Shown here: in pieces, positions 25,691 through 38,591 of the stretch | How positions within the stretch are numbered: the first letter of the stretch is position 1 | How the letters are laid out: every line of letters starts with the position of its first letter | Origin: Eledone cirrhosa | Taxonomy: Eukaryota | Assembly: GCA_964016885.1 (NCBI GenBank) | Contig: CAXHJY010001308.1 | Location: 1 to 64,000, forward strand | Direction of reading: 5' to 3' | DNA length: 64,000 bases | Position numbers and translations under genes: made by a program | The notes under the pieces: generated by a model | Databases searched by the model: none | Seen by the model: the letters and a program-made list of their open reading frames with translations, nothing else | Told to the model about the DNA's origin: nothing

Positions 25691-26123
25691 TGGAACCAAA
25701 TCAACGAAAGTCAGTTCACTGACAGCTCACTACTTCTCTACATTGCTTGCATTCCACTTTTGCTAATATAAATAGCTTTAACTCTTCCATTACTATATTT
25801 CTAATGAAATACACTGTACTTTAATTAAGGATTGAAGAATTTTGAAGGATTTATTAAGTTATTTCATTAACATGATATTCATAACATAATTTAACAAAAT
25901 ATTTTTATATAAATTAATGTTAGAAGATTTTATTCTAAACAGGAATCTTTTAAAAGGGTGGTTTTATTTCATAGAACAAGCGGCAGTTTTGGGTGGGTGG
26001 ATATCAAAAGTTGAGAAATTCTTCTCCAAAATAACAAAATTGTCACCATGTCACAATGGGCCAGTAACATACTAAGGGGAAGGATATGTAAAAAGAAAAG
26101 AAAAAGCCAATTCCAATATTTAC

Positions 26124-26207
26124 CTCAACAAAGATTGTAAAAATACAATGAGACCGTGAAGAGTGACTGTTGAGACTGTGTTGTCCAATAATTCGGTTTG
26201 TTTCTCC
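26124..26207 (-). CDS. KIF9: KIF9 coding exon 5 (switch I)
   Basis: ctacag|GGA GAA ACA...GTT GAG|gtaaat. Encodes GETNRIIGQHSLNSHSSRSHCIFTIFVE. Confidence 0.95.
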
Positions 26208-26397
26208 CTGTAGAGGATATTATCAAATTTAGAAAGAAAATGAGACACATATGCACTCACTATATATATATAAATACATAATCGGAGAAAGCTAAAAGCG
26301 ATACTCCGGCCAAATTCCAGCTCACTCAACAAACATTAGGAAATACCTGAGTAAATTCCTAATTAAACGTTCGGGGTGCTAACTAATTGTATTGTGT

Positions 26398-26450
<53 letters not shown>

Positions 26451-27739
26451 GATGTATATATATATATATATATATGTGGTTATATGTATATATATATATA
26501 TATATATTATATAGTTATGTAATAAACAACATAAGGCAATTATTCCATTTACCAGTGGTTTCTTAAAAGCAAAAGATTTTGCTTTGAATCCTCAGAATGA
26601 AAAAATCCTGGTCTGTTTATTGAATTTGGATTTTAAAAACAAAAATGCAATCTATATGACAGTGAGGCTGGAGAAAGAAGAAGGAAAGGAAAAATAAAAT
26701 AAAACCACATGCAAACACATACACAAAAACACGCACACACACACACACAAAAGCATACATACACACACATATATATTACATTCATACATACACACACACA
26801 TATATGTGTATATAAATACACACATACACATACATATACACATATATACATACGCACATAAATATCAACACATCCATACATACACATACATATATACAAC
26901 CACACACACATACATACATATAGGAACATAAATATATATATATATATATATACATATATATGCAAGCGTGGAACATGGACGTTAAACGATGATGATGATG
27001 ATGATATATATACATATGTACAAGCATACACATATATATTATATACATAATTCACACATATATATTATATACACAAAATTCGTATTGGTGCTCCTACATA
27101 GCAGTAAATATATAAATGTACGTACTGTATATTGAATAATATATGGGATGTTTATGAAAAATATTTGAATATATGCGAATTTATAAGGTTGTGACCATCA
27201 TCAGACATCAAATCTCAGCAAAAACAGGGGCAAGTAATGGACAATGCAATCATTTCTCACTTATTAGCAGTTAGCAAGACTACATATATCCAAGCTTCAG
27301 TTTGGTGGTTCTGGTTAATGGAGGTCACCTCTACTGTTTACATATATATATATATCCCAGTCCCTTCATATGGCTTCCCACTTCATCCAGCATGGATATC
27401 CACCCCACACTGATCCAACCTGCCCTTCCAACACCTACCTTCCTTTCCCCTTCACCCTACTTCTCTGGCGACTTATTTTCCTTTACATTCACATCATTCC
27501 TTTACTCACTGTAAATGAGGTTGGTGTTAGGAAGGGCATCCAGCTGTAGAAATCAAGCCAGATCAGTTCCTGTATGAGCAAGGCATGGTCAGCCGACCAG
27601 ACACTGCCCACAACAGGACAACCCGTCTAACCCATGCTAGCGTGGAAGAACGGACGTAAAACGGTGATGATGATGATGATGATGATGATTCACACTCTCT
27701 TTTCTAATTCGTCACATTTTTCCAAACCCACCTATCACT

Positions 27740-27948
27740 GCATTTCAACCGGCCATATCCGGCCAGAATTCTCTCACCTCTTCCTGTTCAAACTGACTGT
27801 AACTGGCTGCTCATACTTATGTTAAGGTATTGTTCTCAACATAAATGATATCAAAAGCTTGTAGATTCGATATTATGTGAGATAATCATGTAAGATAAAG
27901 TCTTTACTGCGAAAATACAATATTATATATAATGTAAATGCTAAAGGG
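27740..27948. mobile_element. piggyBac-like MITE, left end lost
   Basis: Homologous to 54334-54554; ends TGCTAAAGGG|TTAA. Confidence 0.65.
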
Positions 27949-28060
27949 TTAAGCGTGCCCGTAATTTCTGCGACATCCTGGTATGTAGTAGTAGTAGCAG
28001 TAGGTTGTTTTGGCTAGGATCCTCCAGATAACTGAGGACTCTGACCCATATGACCCTCAC

Positions 28061-28234
28061 AGAAAGAAGAAGAAGAAGGAGAAGGAGAAGAAGGAGGAGG
28101 AGAAGGAGGAGAAGAAGAGGGAGGAGGAGAAGAAGAAGAAGGAGGAAGAGGAGGAGAAGGAGAAGAAGGAGAAGAAGAAGAAGAAGAAGAAGAAGAAGAA
28201 GAAGAAGAAGAAGAAGAAGAAGAAGAAGAAGAAA
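28061..28234. repeat. (GAA/GAG)n purine microsatellite
   Basis: Directly visible. Confidence 0.97.
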
Positions 28235-28402
28235 TTTTAATTTAAATAAGAAAATATTTTAAATGGGTTTGTTTCACAGAATCAGAGGTGGTTCTGATGT
28301 AAGGGTGTTAGATACTCAAATGAATCATGGTAACCAATCTATTTTGATGACAGCTAAAGAACAACGATGTATGCTAGAGTTAAAAAGAAAGAACTGACTT
28401 GC

Positions 28403-28586
28403 CTCAAATAACAAATTAAGTGCCTCTTCTTCATTGCGCACCAAGTGATATGACAGCCCTTTGATGTAGACGTTCTTATCTGATTCAACAATGCTCATTT
28501 GGTCAGGGACAAAATGCTCCACATATTCCGGCAAAGTTGAGAGAAGATCAAACAGGGTTTCATTGTAAATCTCAAGATATGAAATT
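28403..28586 (-). CDS. KIF9: KIF9 coding exon 4 (GC donor)
   Basis: atag|A ATT TCA...TTT GAG|gcaagt. Encodes ISYLEIYNETLFDLLSTLP...EEEALNLLFE and joins exon 5 as LLFEGETNR. Confidence 0.93.
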
Positions 28587-28607
28587 CTATGCGATGGAAA
28601 AAATAAC

Positions 28608-28640
<33 letters not shown>

Positions 28641-29213
28641 CTAGCCGAATTACCCGCGCCTTGCTGCGTTTCACACATTTTTTTTGTAAGAAAATGATGA
28701 TTGATTTTAAATCAGTGATATAATTTATGGAGAAAAATGTAATGCATGAAACATTGGAAAACATTTTTTTTGTAATATATCAAATCAAAATTACATTATT
28801 AAATCTTATTCTTATTTTGTTTCTTGTAAATAATTTTTTTCAAAATATCAATTCAAAACTTGATCATTTCATTTTTGTGTAAAGCATTATTTTATTTGGG
28901 CTTCCAAAATTTTCACTATAGGGGGTTTAATCCCCATTAGGGTGTCTTAATATTGAAATTTGCTGAAATTTTGTGAATAGGCATATTTTGTCATTTACCT
29001 ATGGTTTAAATTTCATATAAATCGAAGGGAGAAAGTTTTCAGCGGGGGTTTGTGCCTCCAGGAAACCCGTTGATTAAAATGAAATATACTTATCCAAGTA
29101 CCCTGGGCAATGTAGTTTCAGAATATATATGGTTATGGGGGTCTATCTCCAAAACCATAGGAGGAGTTTGTGAACAAACAAACAGACAGGAACTACAACT
29201 TTATATATGTAGA
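28641..29213 (-). mobile_element. Non-autonomous Helitron
   Basis: Minus strand: A|TCTACATATATAAAG...TGTCTGTTTGTTTG 5' end, GC-rich subterminal hairpin-like stretch, CTAG|T 3' end. A/T insertion with no TSD. Confidence 0.8.
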
Positions 29214-29337
29214 TATATATTACTACAACAGAGGTCTAACGAGCTTTTGATTCCAGATTCAGGCTAGATTGATAGAGATCGAACCTTGAGCTGATCAATA
29301 AACATAATGAAGACATAACAAATCATCCTCTTTATTA

Positions 29338-29712
29338 TTATATATATATATATATATATATACATACATACACATGTATATATATACACATATATATACA
29401 TATATATATATAATATAAAATCAAAAGATGGTTAAAAGAGTTCCATGTATTTATATACACACACATATATATACATGCATATATATATGCACACATATAT
29501 ATATACATGCATATATATACATGCATATATATACACACATATATATATATACACACATATATATATATATACACGCATATATACATACACACACATATAT
29601 ATACACACACACATATATATATACATAAATATATACATATATATATACATACATATATATACATATATATATACATACATATATATACATATATATATAC
29701 ATATATATATAT

Positions 29713-29747
<35 letters not shown>

Positions 29748-29878
29748 TACATATATATATATATATAAATATACACATATATATATAAATATACATAGAT
29801 ATATAAAAATATACACATATATATAGAAATATACATATATATATAAAAATATACACACAAAAAAAAATATATATATTT
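29338..29878. repeat. (TA/CA)n complex microsatellite
   Basis: Directly visible. Similar tracts at 26397-27075, 46850-47050 and 63050-63910. Confidence 0.95.
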
Positions 29879-30087
29879 CGTTTCTGAATTTGTTTAGCAA
29901 GATTCTTTATCTGAAAACGTGTGTTGAAACCGATATTGTTATGCTTTGGGGGGGTCATGTTGCCAATAAGAAACACACGCACCAGTTGCTTTCACTCCAA
30001 TTTATTATAAATTAAATTTATAAATTTAAGAATTTACAAATTTCCTGTTGGTTGGTTGGTTCCATAACCAGACGGTTGTTCATATAT

Positions 30088-30132
30088 TGTCAAAGTTCTT
30101 TCGTCATACATTCTGTGACCTCTTCAGTGACT
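30088..30132 (-). ncRNA. Minimal type I hammerhead ribozyme motif (sense to KIF9 pre-mRNA)
   Basis: Mirror copy of 30245-30289. Confidence 0.6.
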
Positions 30133-30244
30133 GGGGATTCTTTTCTTTGTTTTGGTGCCTCTCCTGTGTTCTGTCCTACGCCATCAAAACAAGATGGCGT
30201 AGGACAGAACAAAGGAGAGGCACAAAACAAAGAAAAGAATCCCC

Positions 30245-30289
30245 AGTCACTGAAGAGGTCACAGAATGTATGACGAAAGAACTTTGACA
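30245..30289 (+). ncRNA. Minimal type I hammerhead ribozyme motif
   Basis: GTCA-CTGAAGA-G-GTCA(cagaatgta)TGAC-GAAA-GAAC-TT-TGAC: CUGANGA/GAAA core, stem II, 4-bp stem I and a minimal stem III, as in PLE hammerheads. Confidence 0.6.
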
Positions 30290-31053
30290 ATATATGAACA
30301 ACCGTCTGGTTATGGAACCAACCAACCAACAGGAAATTTGTAAATTCTTAAATTTATAAATTTAATTTATAATAAATTGGAGTGAAAGCAACTGGTGCGT
30401 GTGTTTCTTATTGGCAACATGACCCTCCCAAAGCATAACAATATATATATATATATACATATATGTATATTCTAGTGGAAAATAATAATAATTATTCTGG
30501 TGGAAAAACAAAAATAATTCTAGTGGAAACATCCATATGTGCATCCCTCATTGGATTTTATGCTTTGACATTCCGTACTACCGTTAATTAGCTTTCCGGA
30601 GAGGATTTACAATTAGTTATCTACGTGTAAACAACACTCCTGTATAATGGATATTACATTATGCAGAAGTACAGACCAAACTCCATCAAGCAGATCAGAC
30701 AAAAGAAACAATGTTTCTACTCGTCTTTCCTTTGTTGATACTATCTGCTAATTGCAAATCCCATCAGAGAAAGCAACATGAAAAAAAGAATTTTACTCAA
30801 GAACAAAATGCACCATCTAGTCCCATAATCAAACCTTATAATCATGTGTCTAAAACCCTAACCACTAGGCCACATATCTTCACTCAAAGACCACCCCTGA
30901 TAACTAATTTTTTAAGTATCCAGTTCACAAACATTTTCTGCTTTGTAAAAAACTGTTGCATCACTTCCTGGAAAACATTTGTTACTATCTTCTTGTGATG
31001 GTTGATGAATAACGGTTAATTAGATAAAGAGAAACATACATAGAAGTGCTCAC

Positions 31054-31207
31054 CTTACAGAAATAACACTTTCTGTACAATCTTCAATTTGTTTGAAGAG
31101 CTGAGAAATTGCCCTGGGAATTAGTCCCCGATACTGAAAATTCTCATGCACTCCCGATATAGTGAAAGTTTTACCAGCTCCTGTTTGTCCATAACATAAA
31201 ATGGTTC
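31054..31207 (-). CDS. KIF9: KIF9 coding exon 3 (P-loop)
   Basis: cag|GA ACC...GTA AG|gtgag. Encodes TILCYGQTGAGKTFT...RGLIPRA. Confidence 0.97.
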
Positions 31208-32315
31208 CTGAAATGATGAAGTGCAGAATAAGAATATAAAATAAAGTTGATGCTTGTTAAGGTGCTTGACTATTCCATCACCTTAGCCTTACAGATTTAT
31301 CATTGTGCTTAGCCAGTGCCAGATTTATCATTGTACTTAGGTGTGCCATTGATCAGGGTAAGGGGGCATCGTCCTGCCAAAAGAATTGTTTACCTCCTTC
31401 AGGGCACAGTAAAGGGTCTCATAACTTAACTAACACAAAGCTTCATTTGTCCTAAACCTGGCACTGCTTGCTGCTGTTTCTAGTAGATAAAGCAATAGCA
31501 TAGGGCAGACAGTGGGCTGCATGAGATATTTTTTGTTAGGGGTGCCATTCAGAAAGCCAAACAGGTTGCATGGAGCCTGCAGGCTGCAATTTACTCATGA
31601 CTGACATAGAGGTCCCTTGTTTGAGCAATCAGATTTATTTTACAGCTAGGTGTTCTATATACTGCTAATACTAATATACATGTTGTAAGAGTGGAACATG
31701 ATTTTCCTGTCAGATAATTTTCGGAAAGCAGATATACACCTCTCCTTGCCAGACACAACATACTGATAATAGAAGATATTTCTATTATCAGTATTTTGTT
31801 GCTAAAGATTGGGTTACTGGATTTGCTATGCCACATTTTTTTTAATGAGGGTTTAATTCACACCAGGTTTTAATTTACCACCAGTTAGGTTTCATAGAAT
31901 GATAAAAAAAATCTTTTTCATAGAGAGGATATGAAGACAATGTCTTTTCTGAGTGTATCCCAGGTTTTAGAATAGGTACAGAGTACCCTTGTGTGATGTA
32001 AGAGGTGATTAAAAAATCTGGCACCAGGAAGGGCATCCAACTGTAAAACATTGTTTCAAACCATCCATCCAAAAGTAAATCTAAAAATGATGATGAATGA
32101 AACTGTGTTAATCATTTCACTCAATGACTACAAAAAGCATAACAAGTAAAGAGAAGAAAACATAAGAAAAGAAAAATGATATTATGATGAAATTGATGAA
32201 TAAAGTTCTAAAAATTTATGTGACAGGAGCTACGTATTAAATAGTATTCCAATGAGCTGTGAGTGTCTTCAATTTCATATAATACAGTTTTGCATGTAGG
32301 TTTAGAGATACTCAC

Positions 32316-32481
32316 CATTGTAACCCGTAAGGGCAGCATTAACAAGATCTGCAGCAACTTCATTGTAAACCTCTTCTTGACTTACATTATGGAGTACACC
32401 ATCAAGCTTAAATAACCAGTCATGAATCTGGTTGTTAACTACATCGTGCTTCACACTTTGTCCAGCATGTATGTTAATGCT
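32316..32481 (-). CDS. KIF9: KIF9 coding exon 2
   Basis: tgtag|AGC ATT...AAT G|gtgag. Encodes VVNNQIHDWLFKLDGVLHNVSQEEVY, which is KIF9-specific (cf. VVNNQQTDWSFKLDGVLH). Confidence 0.95.
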
Positions 32482-33112
32482 CTACAAAAAAAAAAATTAT
32501 ACAGTTAGTGTCTAGTATGTATATTAATGTTCTACAGATAATGTGAAAAATATCAACAACACAATAAGCATTTTAAGGTAATTTCCCTGCTAAAACAGGC
32601 TCCATGATGAGCTTTTCCCATTTTTGCCTATCATCTGTGTCCCCTCTCACCAAACTCTTGGTTTTCACTTTCTCTGCCATCATCTTTAGCCATATCTTTC
32701 AAGGTCTGATTTTTTTCTTTCCTCAATTTCTTTCTACATTCATTTCCATCTATCCTCTCACCCAGTCACTTTCATCCTTCCTTAACAGATGACCCATTTA
32801 TGACCCATTTCATAACAATCAACACTGGCTCTATTCCCATAATCCTCTGTAATTCATTGCTTGTCTGCCATAAAAATAGTCAGGTATTGTTTTAAACAAA
32901 AGTTTGTCACTTGAGGCCTTCCTGCACTCTTGATCTATTTGATCTTCAATTACTAGAACATCTTTGCATTATTTTATTTTCTTTATGAAAGGTTTGTTCC
33001 TTTTTTAAAGAACTGTAAATCTAGTTTCGTCTTTGACGTTGGATGTATTTTACATACTTTTAGATTGGTTTCTCTTCCTTTCTTTTCGATACCTTTTCCT
33101 TCTTTTTATTTA

Positions 33113-33392
33113 ATATAATAATAATAATGAAGTTATTTTGTACAGTGTTCAGGTGCACTACAACTCATCAAAGGTACATGTATAGTACATAGAATAATGT
33201 ACAAATGTCAGGAAAGTGAACAGTATATGAGTCATGATATATACACAAATACATGCATGTATGTGTATGGAGGGGTGAATATCAGGTGTTGTGTTGTCGA
33301 ATTTCGGGAAGCACGGAAGTTTTGGAGGATGCAGTGTCCCGACAGCTAACAACCAATCCAGGTAGCTTGTTCCATGCTTCAGCAACTCTGAG
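33113..33392 (-). mobile_element. CR1 LINE 3' fragment (older subfamily)
   Basis: Homologous to 17400-17670, with (ATT)n tail. Confidence 0.85.
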
Positions 33393-33832
33393 CATGAAAC
33401 ATATATATATATATATCCAACAGTTAACTTTAAAAAAAAAAAACTATCAATTTCCGACGGTTTTGAAGGCCATATTCGTTCAAAACGCATAAAAAAAAAC
33501 AATAGGAAAAACAAAGTTCATCTCCTACGTGAGACGGGTGTGATCATAAAAGTATATTTTTTGCTGCCTCTAACTATTCTACTTGTCACCGCTTTTAATA
33601 CTAATAGTAGTTGCTAATTTACGAAAAAGACCAGCAGTTGGAGAAAGAAGTTGATCATATCAATTCCAGTACTAGACTGGTACATTATTTTAACAACCCC
33701 GAAAGGAAGAAAGGTAAAGTTGATCTTGACGTGATTTGAATTCAATGTAAAAAGCCGGAATAAATACCGCACAGTATTTTGTTCGGCGCTCTTATGATTT
33801 GGTCAAAAATATTTTAATGTATTATTTATATA

Positions 33833-34008
33833 CATCGGTAGACCGTCGGACGCCATGCTTTGATGCATAGAGTTATGGCCCTTTCCAATCTGAGTTCAAA
33901 TCCCGCCGCGGTTAACTTTGCCTTTCATCCTTACGGGGTCGTTAAAATAAAGTACTAGTAATGCACTGGGTAATTGCTGGCCTTGTGGCAAAAGTAGAAA
34001 CAATTATT
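33833..34008 (+). mobile_element. tRNA-derived SINE (family A)
   Basis: Family A core. Confidence 0.8.
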
Positions 34009-34577
34009 TATATACATATACATACTCGTTAAGGGTGTCACAATTATCTAAGGGAGATAATTCTAATTTTATTTAGTGTTAAGTTGCCTCCCTTGCACTA
34101 AACTGTATGGAGTTATATAAAGTGTATGCAAATATTCACAGGGAGTTTTGTCTTGTAATTTCAAGGATAATTTCCAGGATCGGAAGAATATAAATGACAC
34201 TTTTAATTATACAGCTGTTATATTTTTTTTACTGAAAAACTAAAAGTGAACAATAAAAAAAATGTCAACAAAAATATGGATCGTAAGAAAGTTTCAGTTT
34301 CAGCCCTTAACAGTACACGTCTGAAGTAAAAGAAATTACAATTGCAGTGGCTTTCATTGGTTTGTTGTAAAGTTATAAGGTTGAAACAAATAATTTCACA
34401 TAAATTAATTGTATTAGTAATCGATAAGCTTGAATATGTAATTTTATAAACAATTTTAGTAAGACGTAGTCAGTCATATGAAAAAGTAGTTACAAATGAG
34501 GAATACTGTTGATGAAAATATGTAATGTTTTCTACTTATATCGATTATATATGTGAACATTTTAATTTATATTCATT

Positions 34578-34736
34578 TCATCATCATCATCATCATTTTA
34601 CGTCCGCTTTTCCCTGTTTGCAAGGGTTGGACGGGTCCTAGTCAGCACAGCATCTCTCCACTTGCCACGATCCTTCGTCATCTCCTCGGTGAGTTTCAGC
34701 GATCTGAGGTCTGCTCTCACCACCTCCGCCCATGTT
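34578..34736 (-). mobile_element. RTE LINE 3' fragment
   Basis: Homologous to 22866-23020. Confidence 0.75.
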
Positions 34737-36540
34737 TTATAAGTTTTAAAAACCTCGCCTGTTGATTATCATTGTACCTCGGTATCTAAGTGATCTGACT
34801 TCCATCCCAGTTAGATTTGATTTGTTGTTTTTCTTTTATTATTTTTTGTCTTTGTTTTCCCCATCACCCTAATCTTAATAGATCTCCAACTGCCCAACAA
34901 ATTAAAATCAACTGAAATGACTACATATCTGAAGTGAAACCATACTAAGTTAAAAGAAATTACGGCGTTTCTCAAGATAAATTAATATATATAAGACAAT
35001 AATATATAATCCGAACTAATATATCCCACATTAGGGTTAGGAGGAATTCATATTTTCTGTTCGCATGGCTGTTAATCTAGAGTCAATTAATTACAGAAAA
35101 CCGAATGAATTAACCCTAAACGCAACCCTAATTTGGAATAAATTGGTTCGGATTATATTATTGTCTATTAATTTATTGGGGAGAGGGGATTGTTCAGGAG
35201 AAACACCAAAATTACTATTATGTTGCGACTTAATGAATTAACGATTGATTTAATAATGCAAAGGACGTTTCGTCAACTTAATGTAGTTGAACGTCAGATA
35301 TTCTCATTTCATGGTGACGTATAATAAATATTATGTTATGCTCATCATCATCATCACCGTTTAACATCCATTTTCTACACCACCATGAGTTAGAAGAGTT
35401 GTCTTATTTGAGGTAAGTCGAGTCAGATTACCATGTCTTGCTCATGGAGAACTGATTTTGGCTTGAGTGAGTACTGGGTGCATTTTGTCGGGACACCTAC
35501 ATGACCACTTTACAATGTGGGCTGGGTGCTTTTTGTCGTGATACCTGTAGGTGCCATCAAGAGGTGTGTTGGCATAAACGTTGGAGCGTTAAACAAAATG
35601 CTTTGTAACATTTAGTTACATTATTATAATTCTTTACGTTCTGAGTTCAAATCCTGCGGAGGTCGGCTTTGTTTTTCACCATTCCGGGATCGATAGAATA
35701 AAGTACCAATTAAGTACTAGGGTTGATATGATCGTCTCTCTCATCCCACCCGAATTACTATATTGGAAACGATGTTGGGGGGGTGGAGGTGGAAAGTTGA
35801 TTATATTGATTCTCGTACTTGACTGATACTTTATTTTATCGACCTCAGAAGGATGAAAGGCCGAGATCAACTTTGCTTTTCAACCTTCCGAAGTTGATAG
35901 AATAAAGTACTAGTCAAGTATGCATGCATGATTCTGTAACTATCGAGGGAGTCGTAAGGGCGCCGTATTGACATACAGCGTTTCTAGGATAGTTTTAAAC
36001 CTGACGGAGCCCATCACCTCTCCAGGTCTGAATACAGAAGATTTCTTCGAGAGAAGGGTAAAAGTGAGAGGGAGGAAGTTAGAAAGAGATATAAAGAAAG
36101 AATCGACCCTAGTAATAGACTGGTACTTTTTTTATCGACCTTAAATTGATGAAAGGCGGTATTCGGACTCAGAGAGCAGAGAACCGATATGAATACTACA
36201 AAGCAATCTATGCGACATTCTAACAATTCTGCCAATTCGTCGCCTTGCCAGTCAAGTATAGGGATCGATATAATCTACTTTCCCCTTCCTTAAATTACTG
36301 GCCTTGTTAGAAACAACTATGTTCAAACCATTATATTAATCATAATTATTTTGTGAGGCGTCCATGGACAAGAAATTATTTTTAAAACATAGTATATCAA
36401 CATAAGATAACAAGCTAACTTTAAAATAAAACAGTCGGCATAGATTGATAGTTTAGGTTTGTTGACATAAGATGTGAAAAAGTATGAGTGATAAGGAAAG
36501 AGGTGAAAACAAGTAGAAAATATGCGATATTGATACAGAC

Positions 36541-36636
36541 CTTTTTGTCTGGAGATATATTTATCACATTAGGAACAAAATTAGAAGTTGGTTTAATTCG
36601 ACACCATACTCGGACTTTGTTAGAACTGCTCCCCAT
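36541..36636 (-). CDS. KIF9: KIF9 coding exon 1 (start)
   Basis: ATG...AAA AAG|gtctgt. Encodes MGSSSNKVRVWCRIKPTSNF (cf. MGTRKKVHAFVRVKPTDDF). Confidence 0.9.
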
Positions 36637-36674
36637 TATTAGACGACGGACAGCATATATTGAGAAGCGTAACC

Positions 36675-36719
36675 GTTGCTAGGCAATTTAACGATCACTT
36701 CCGGTTGATTGATTTCCGG
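36675..36719. promoter_or_regulatory. KIF9 proximal promoter: RFX X-box plus two ETS-like sites
   Basis: GTTGCTAGGCAAT at 36675-36687, about 40 bp upstream of the ATG. ACTTCCGG at 36697-36704 and ATTTCCGG at 36712-36719. Confidence 0.7.
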
Positions 36720-37818
36720 TTACTAAGGCCACAAGTTTTGTTTATTTTAATTTGAGTTCTTTAATTTCGATTGCTTTACCGACAATAGTTGTCTTTTAGG
36801 TTATTTGTTACCGTAACTGCTTTTCTTTGATTTTTTATTGTATATGACTCTCCCAATTCGAATACAGTTTATGTTTCCTGATTTTATGAAAAGGTTTTGA
36901 AAATTTAGAAATCTTTTTTCCCAGCACGCTATCGTTACAGCCGCCCTACATTTTTTTCTCTTTACTGAAATTATTTTTTTATTGATAGAGATGGCCATTA
37001 AAGTTTACTAATTAAAATCTTTAACATATATATGGGTATTATGGATAGAGTACAAGTTGGATATCACAATATTTTAATCATGAATACTAACATATCAAAG
37101 GAGGGTGTATCAATTTCAGCGTCTTCGTCTTGCGATTGTTCGCGGTAATGTGAGTGTCTTGGCTCGATGTCGTTGATAAAATACCAAGGCCTACATGAAT
37201 TTAAATGTGACGCTTAAAAATATATACTTAAAATGTATAAATGTAGTGAAAGGTACACAGTTTGGCCCCTCCCATTTTAAAATTATTTCTTTCTCGCCTT
37301 CTTTTTCTCTTTTTTCTTGTTTATATAACAAAACTGACGATAGTATTTTTCATTTTAAGGGTAGTTAGTTGATAAGTTTGATTAGAATTTCGAAAGTAAA
37401 ATTTGTTTTTCCTATGATTTATTGTGTGCATTAACCTTGAATAGATGTTTTTTGTTTTGTTTTGTTTTTCTCGCTTTGATTGTATACTTTTGTTTATTAT
37501 GTTTATTAATGCACTGGGTAATTTGCTGGCCTTGTGCCTAAAGTAGAAACAATTATGTTTATAAGGTTCCTCGCAATAATTAATTGATTATATGTACGGA
37601 TTTCTATTTAATCTTATATTTGTTATATGAAAATAAAATGCATAAATATTAAATTTTTTTTTAATCGGAAAAAAAATGTTATTAATATGAAATTAGAAAG
37701 CACGATGAAAAAAATTTCCAGATTTACGTGGAGCCTATTGCAAATAGATGGACATTTTTTTAAAATATATTTGTATACATTTTATTCCCAGTTGTATATG
37801 AAAAAAAAAGAAATATAA

Positions 37819-38211
37819 TAATTGTTTCTACTTTTGGCACAAGGCCAGCAATTATCCCAGTGCATTACTGGTACTTTATTTTATCAACCCCATAAGGATG
37901 AAAGGCAAAGTTAATCTGGGCGGGATTTGAACTCAGAACATAAAGAGCCATAACTCTATGTTGCAAAGTATGGTGGCTGACGCTCTACCGTCACTGCTAA
38001 TCCACAATAATAATAATTTCTACTATAGACACAAGGCCAGCAAAAAAAAGGGAAAGTCAATTAAATAGACCCAGTACAGGGCTGGTACTTTATTTTATCG
38101 ATCCCGTAAGGATGAAAGGCAAAGCTAACCTCGGCGATTTTTTAACCCAGAACGTAAAGGGCCGTAACTCTATGCTTCAAAGTATTCCGACGCTCTACTG
38201 ATACTGCCAAT
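37819..38211 (-). mobile_element. Two tandem tRNA-derived SINEs (family A)
   Basis: Two consecutive reverse-complement family A cores. Confidence 0.8.
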
Positions 38212-38242
38212 GTTTACAGAACGAAAGCACAAACAAATATGA

Positions 38243-38591
38243 CTAGCTGACGTACCCAGCTTCGCCCGGATAAACAGATAAGAGAAGACAGGTAAAAGAG
38301 AAAATGACTGTATTGGATATTTGTCTGGTTACAGTATGAGGCGAGTCCGTGGTGTCTGTGTGATACCAAAAACAGTAAAAAAAAATTTCCAGATTTACCA
38401 GATTCTTCGTTGTACGTTTGTGCATAGTATATGAACAATTCTAGGTGCTCCCACCTAGAATAATGATCTCTAGGAGATGGTTCATCTTCTGCCTGACTGT
38501 AAAACGTGTATCATTGCATAGACGTGGTTGTTCCACGCTTCTCAAAAGGATGATGGAAGTTCCAATCTTTTATATTATATGTAGATATAGA
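38243..38591 (-). mobile_element. Short non-autonomous Helitron; may supply the 3' end of the large Helitron
   Basis: Minus strand: TCTATATCTACATATAATATAAAAG 5' end and CCGGGCGAAGCTGGG hairpin followed by CTAG|T. Confidence 0.7.

Larger units (their letters stand above)
29933..30444. mobile_element. Near-perfect palindrome (about 253-bp arms, 7-nt loop): inverted Penelope-like pseudo-LTRs
   Basis: Arms 29933-30185 and 30193-30444 are reverse complements with about 3 differences. Each arm carries a hammerhead motif on one strand. Related element at 62530-62820. Confidence 0.85.

Noticed and set aside
28010-28262. Poly-K/E and poly-R ORFs
   Set aside because: GAA/GAG microsatellite.
29338-29982. 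Y/I/C/M-rich ORFs (also at 26633-27055, 46696-47232 and 63491-64000)
   Set aside because: Dinucleotide-repeat artefacts.
30048-30329. Twin 79-aa ORFs on opposite strands
   Set aside because: A consequence of the palindrome; no protein motif.
36720-37200. Divergent head-to-head gene sharing the KIF9 promoter
   Set aside because: A donor-like GTGAGT occurs near 37150, but I found no supportable plus-strand coding exons.
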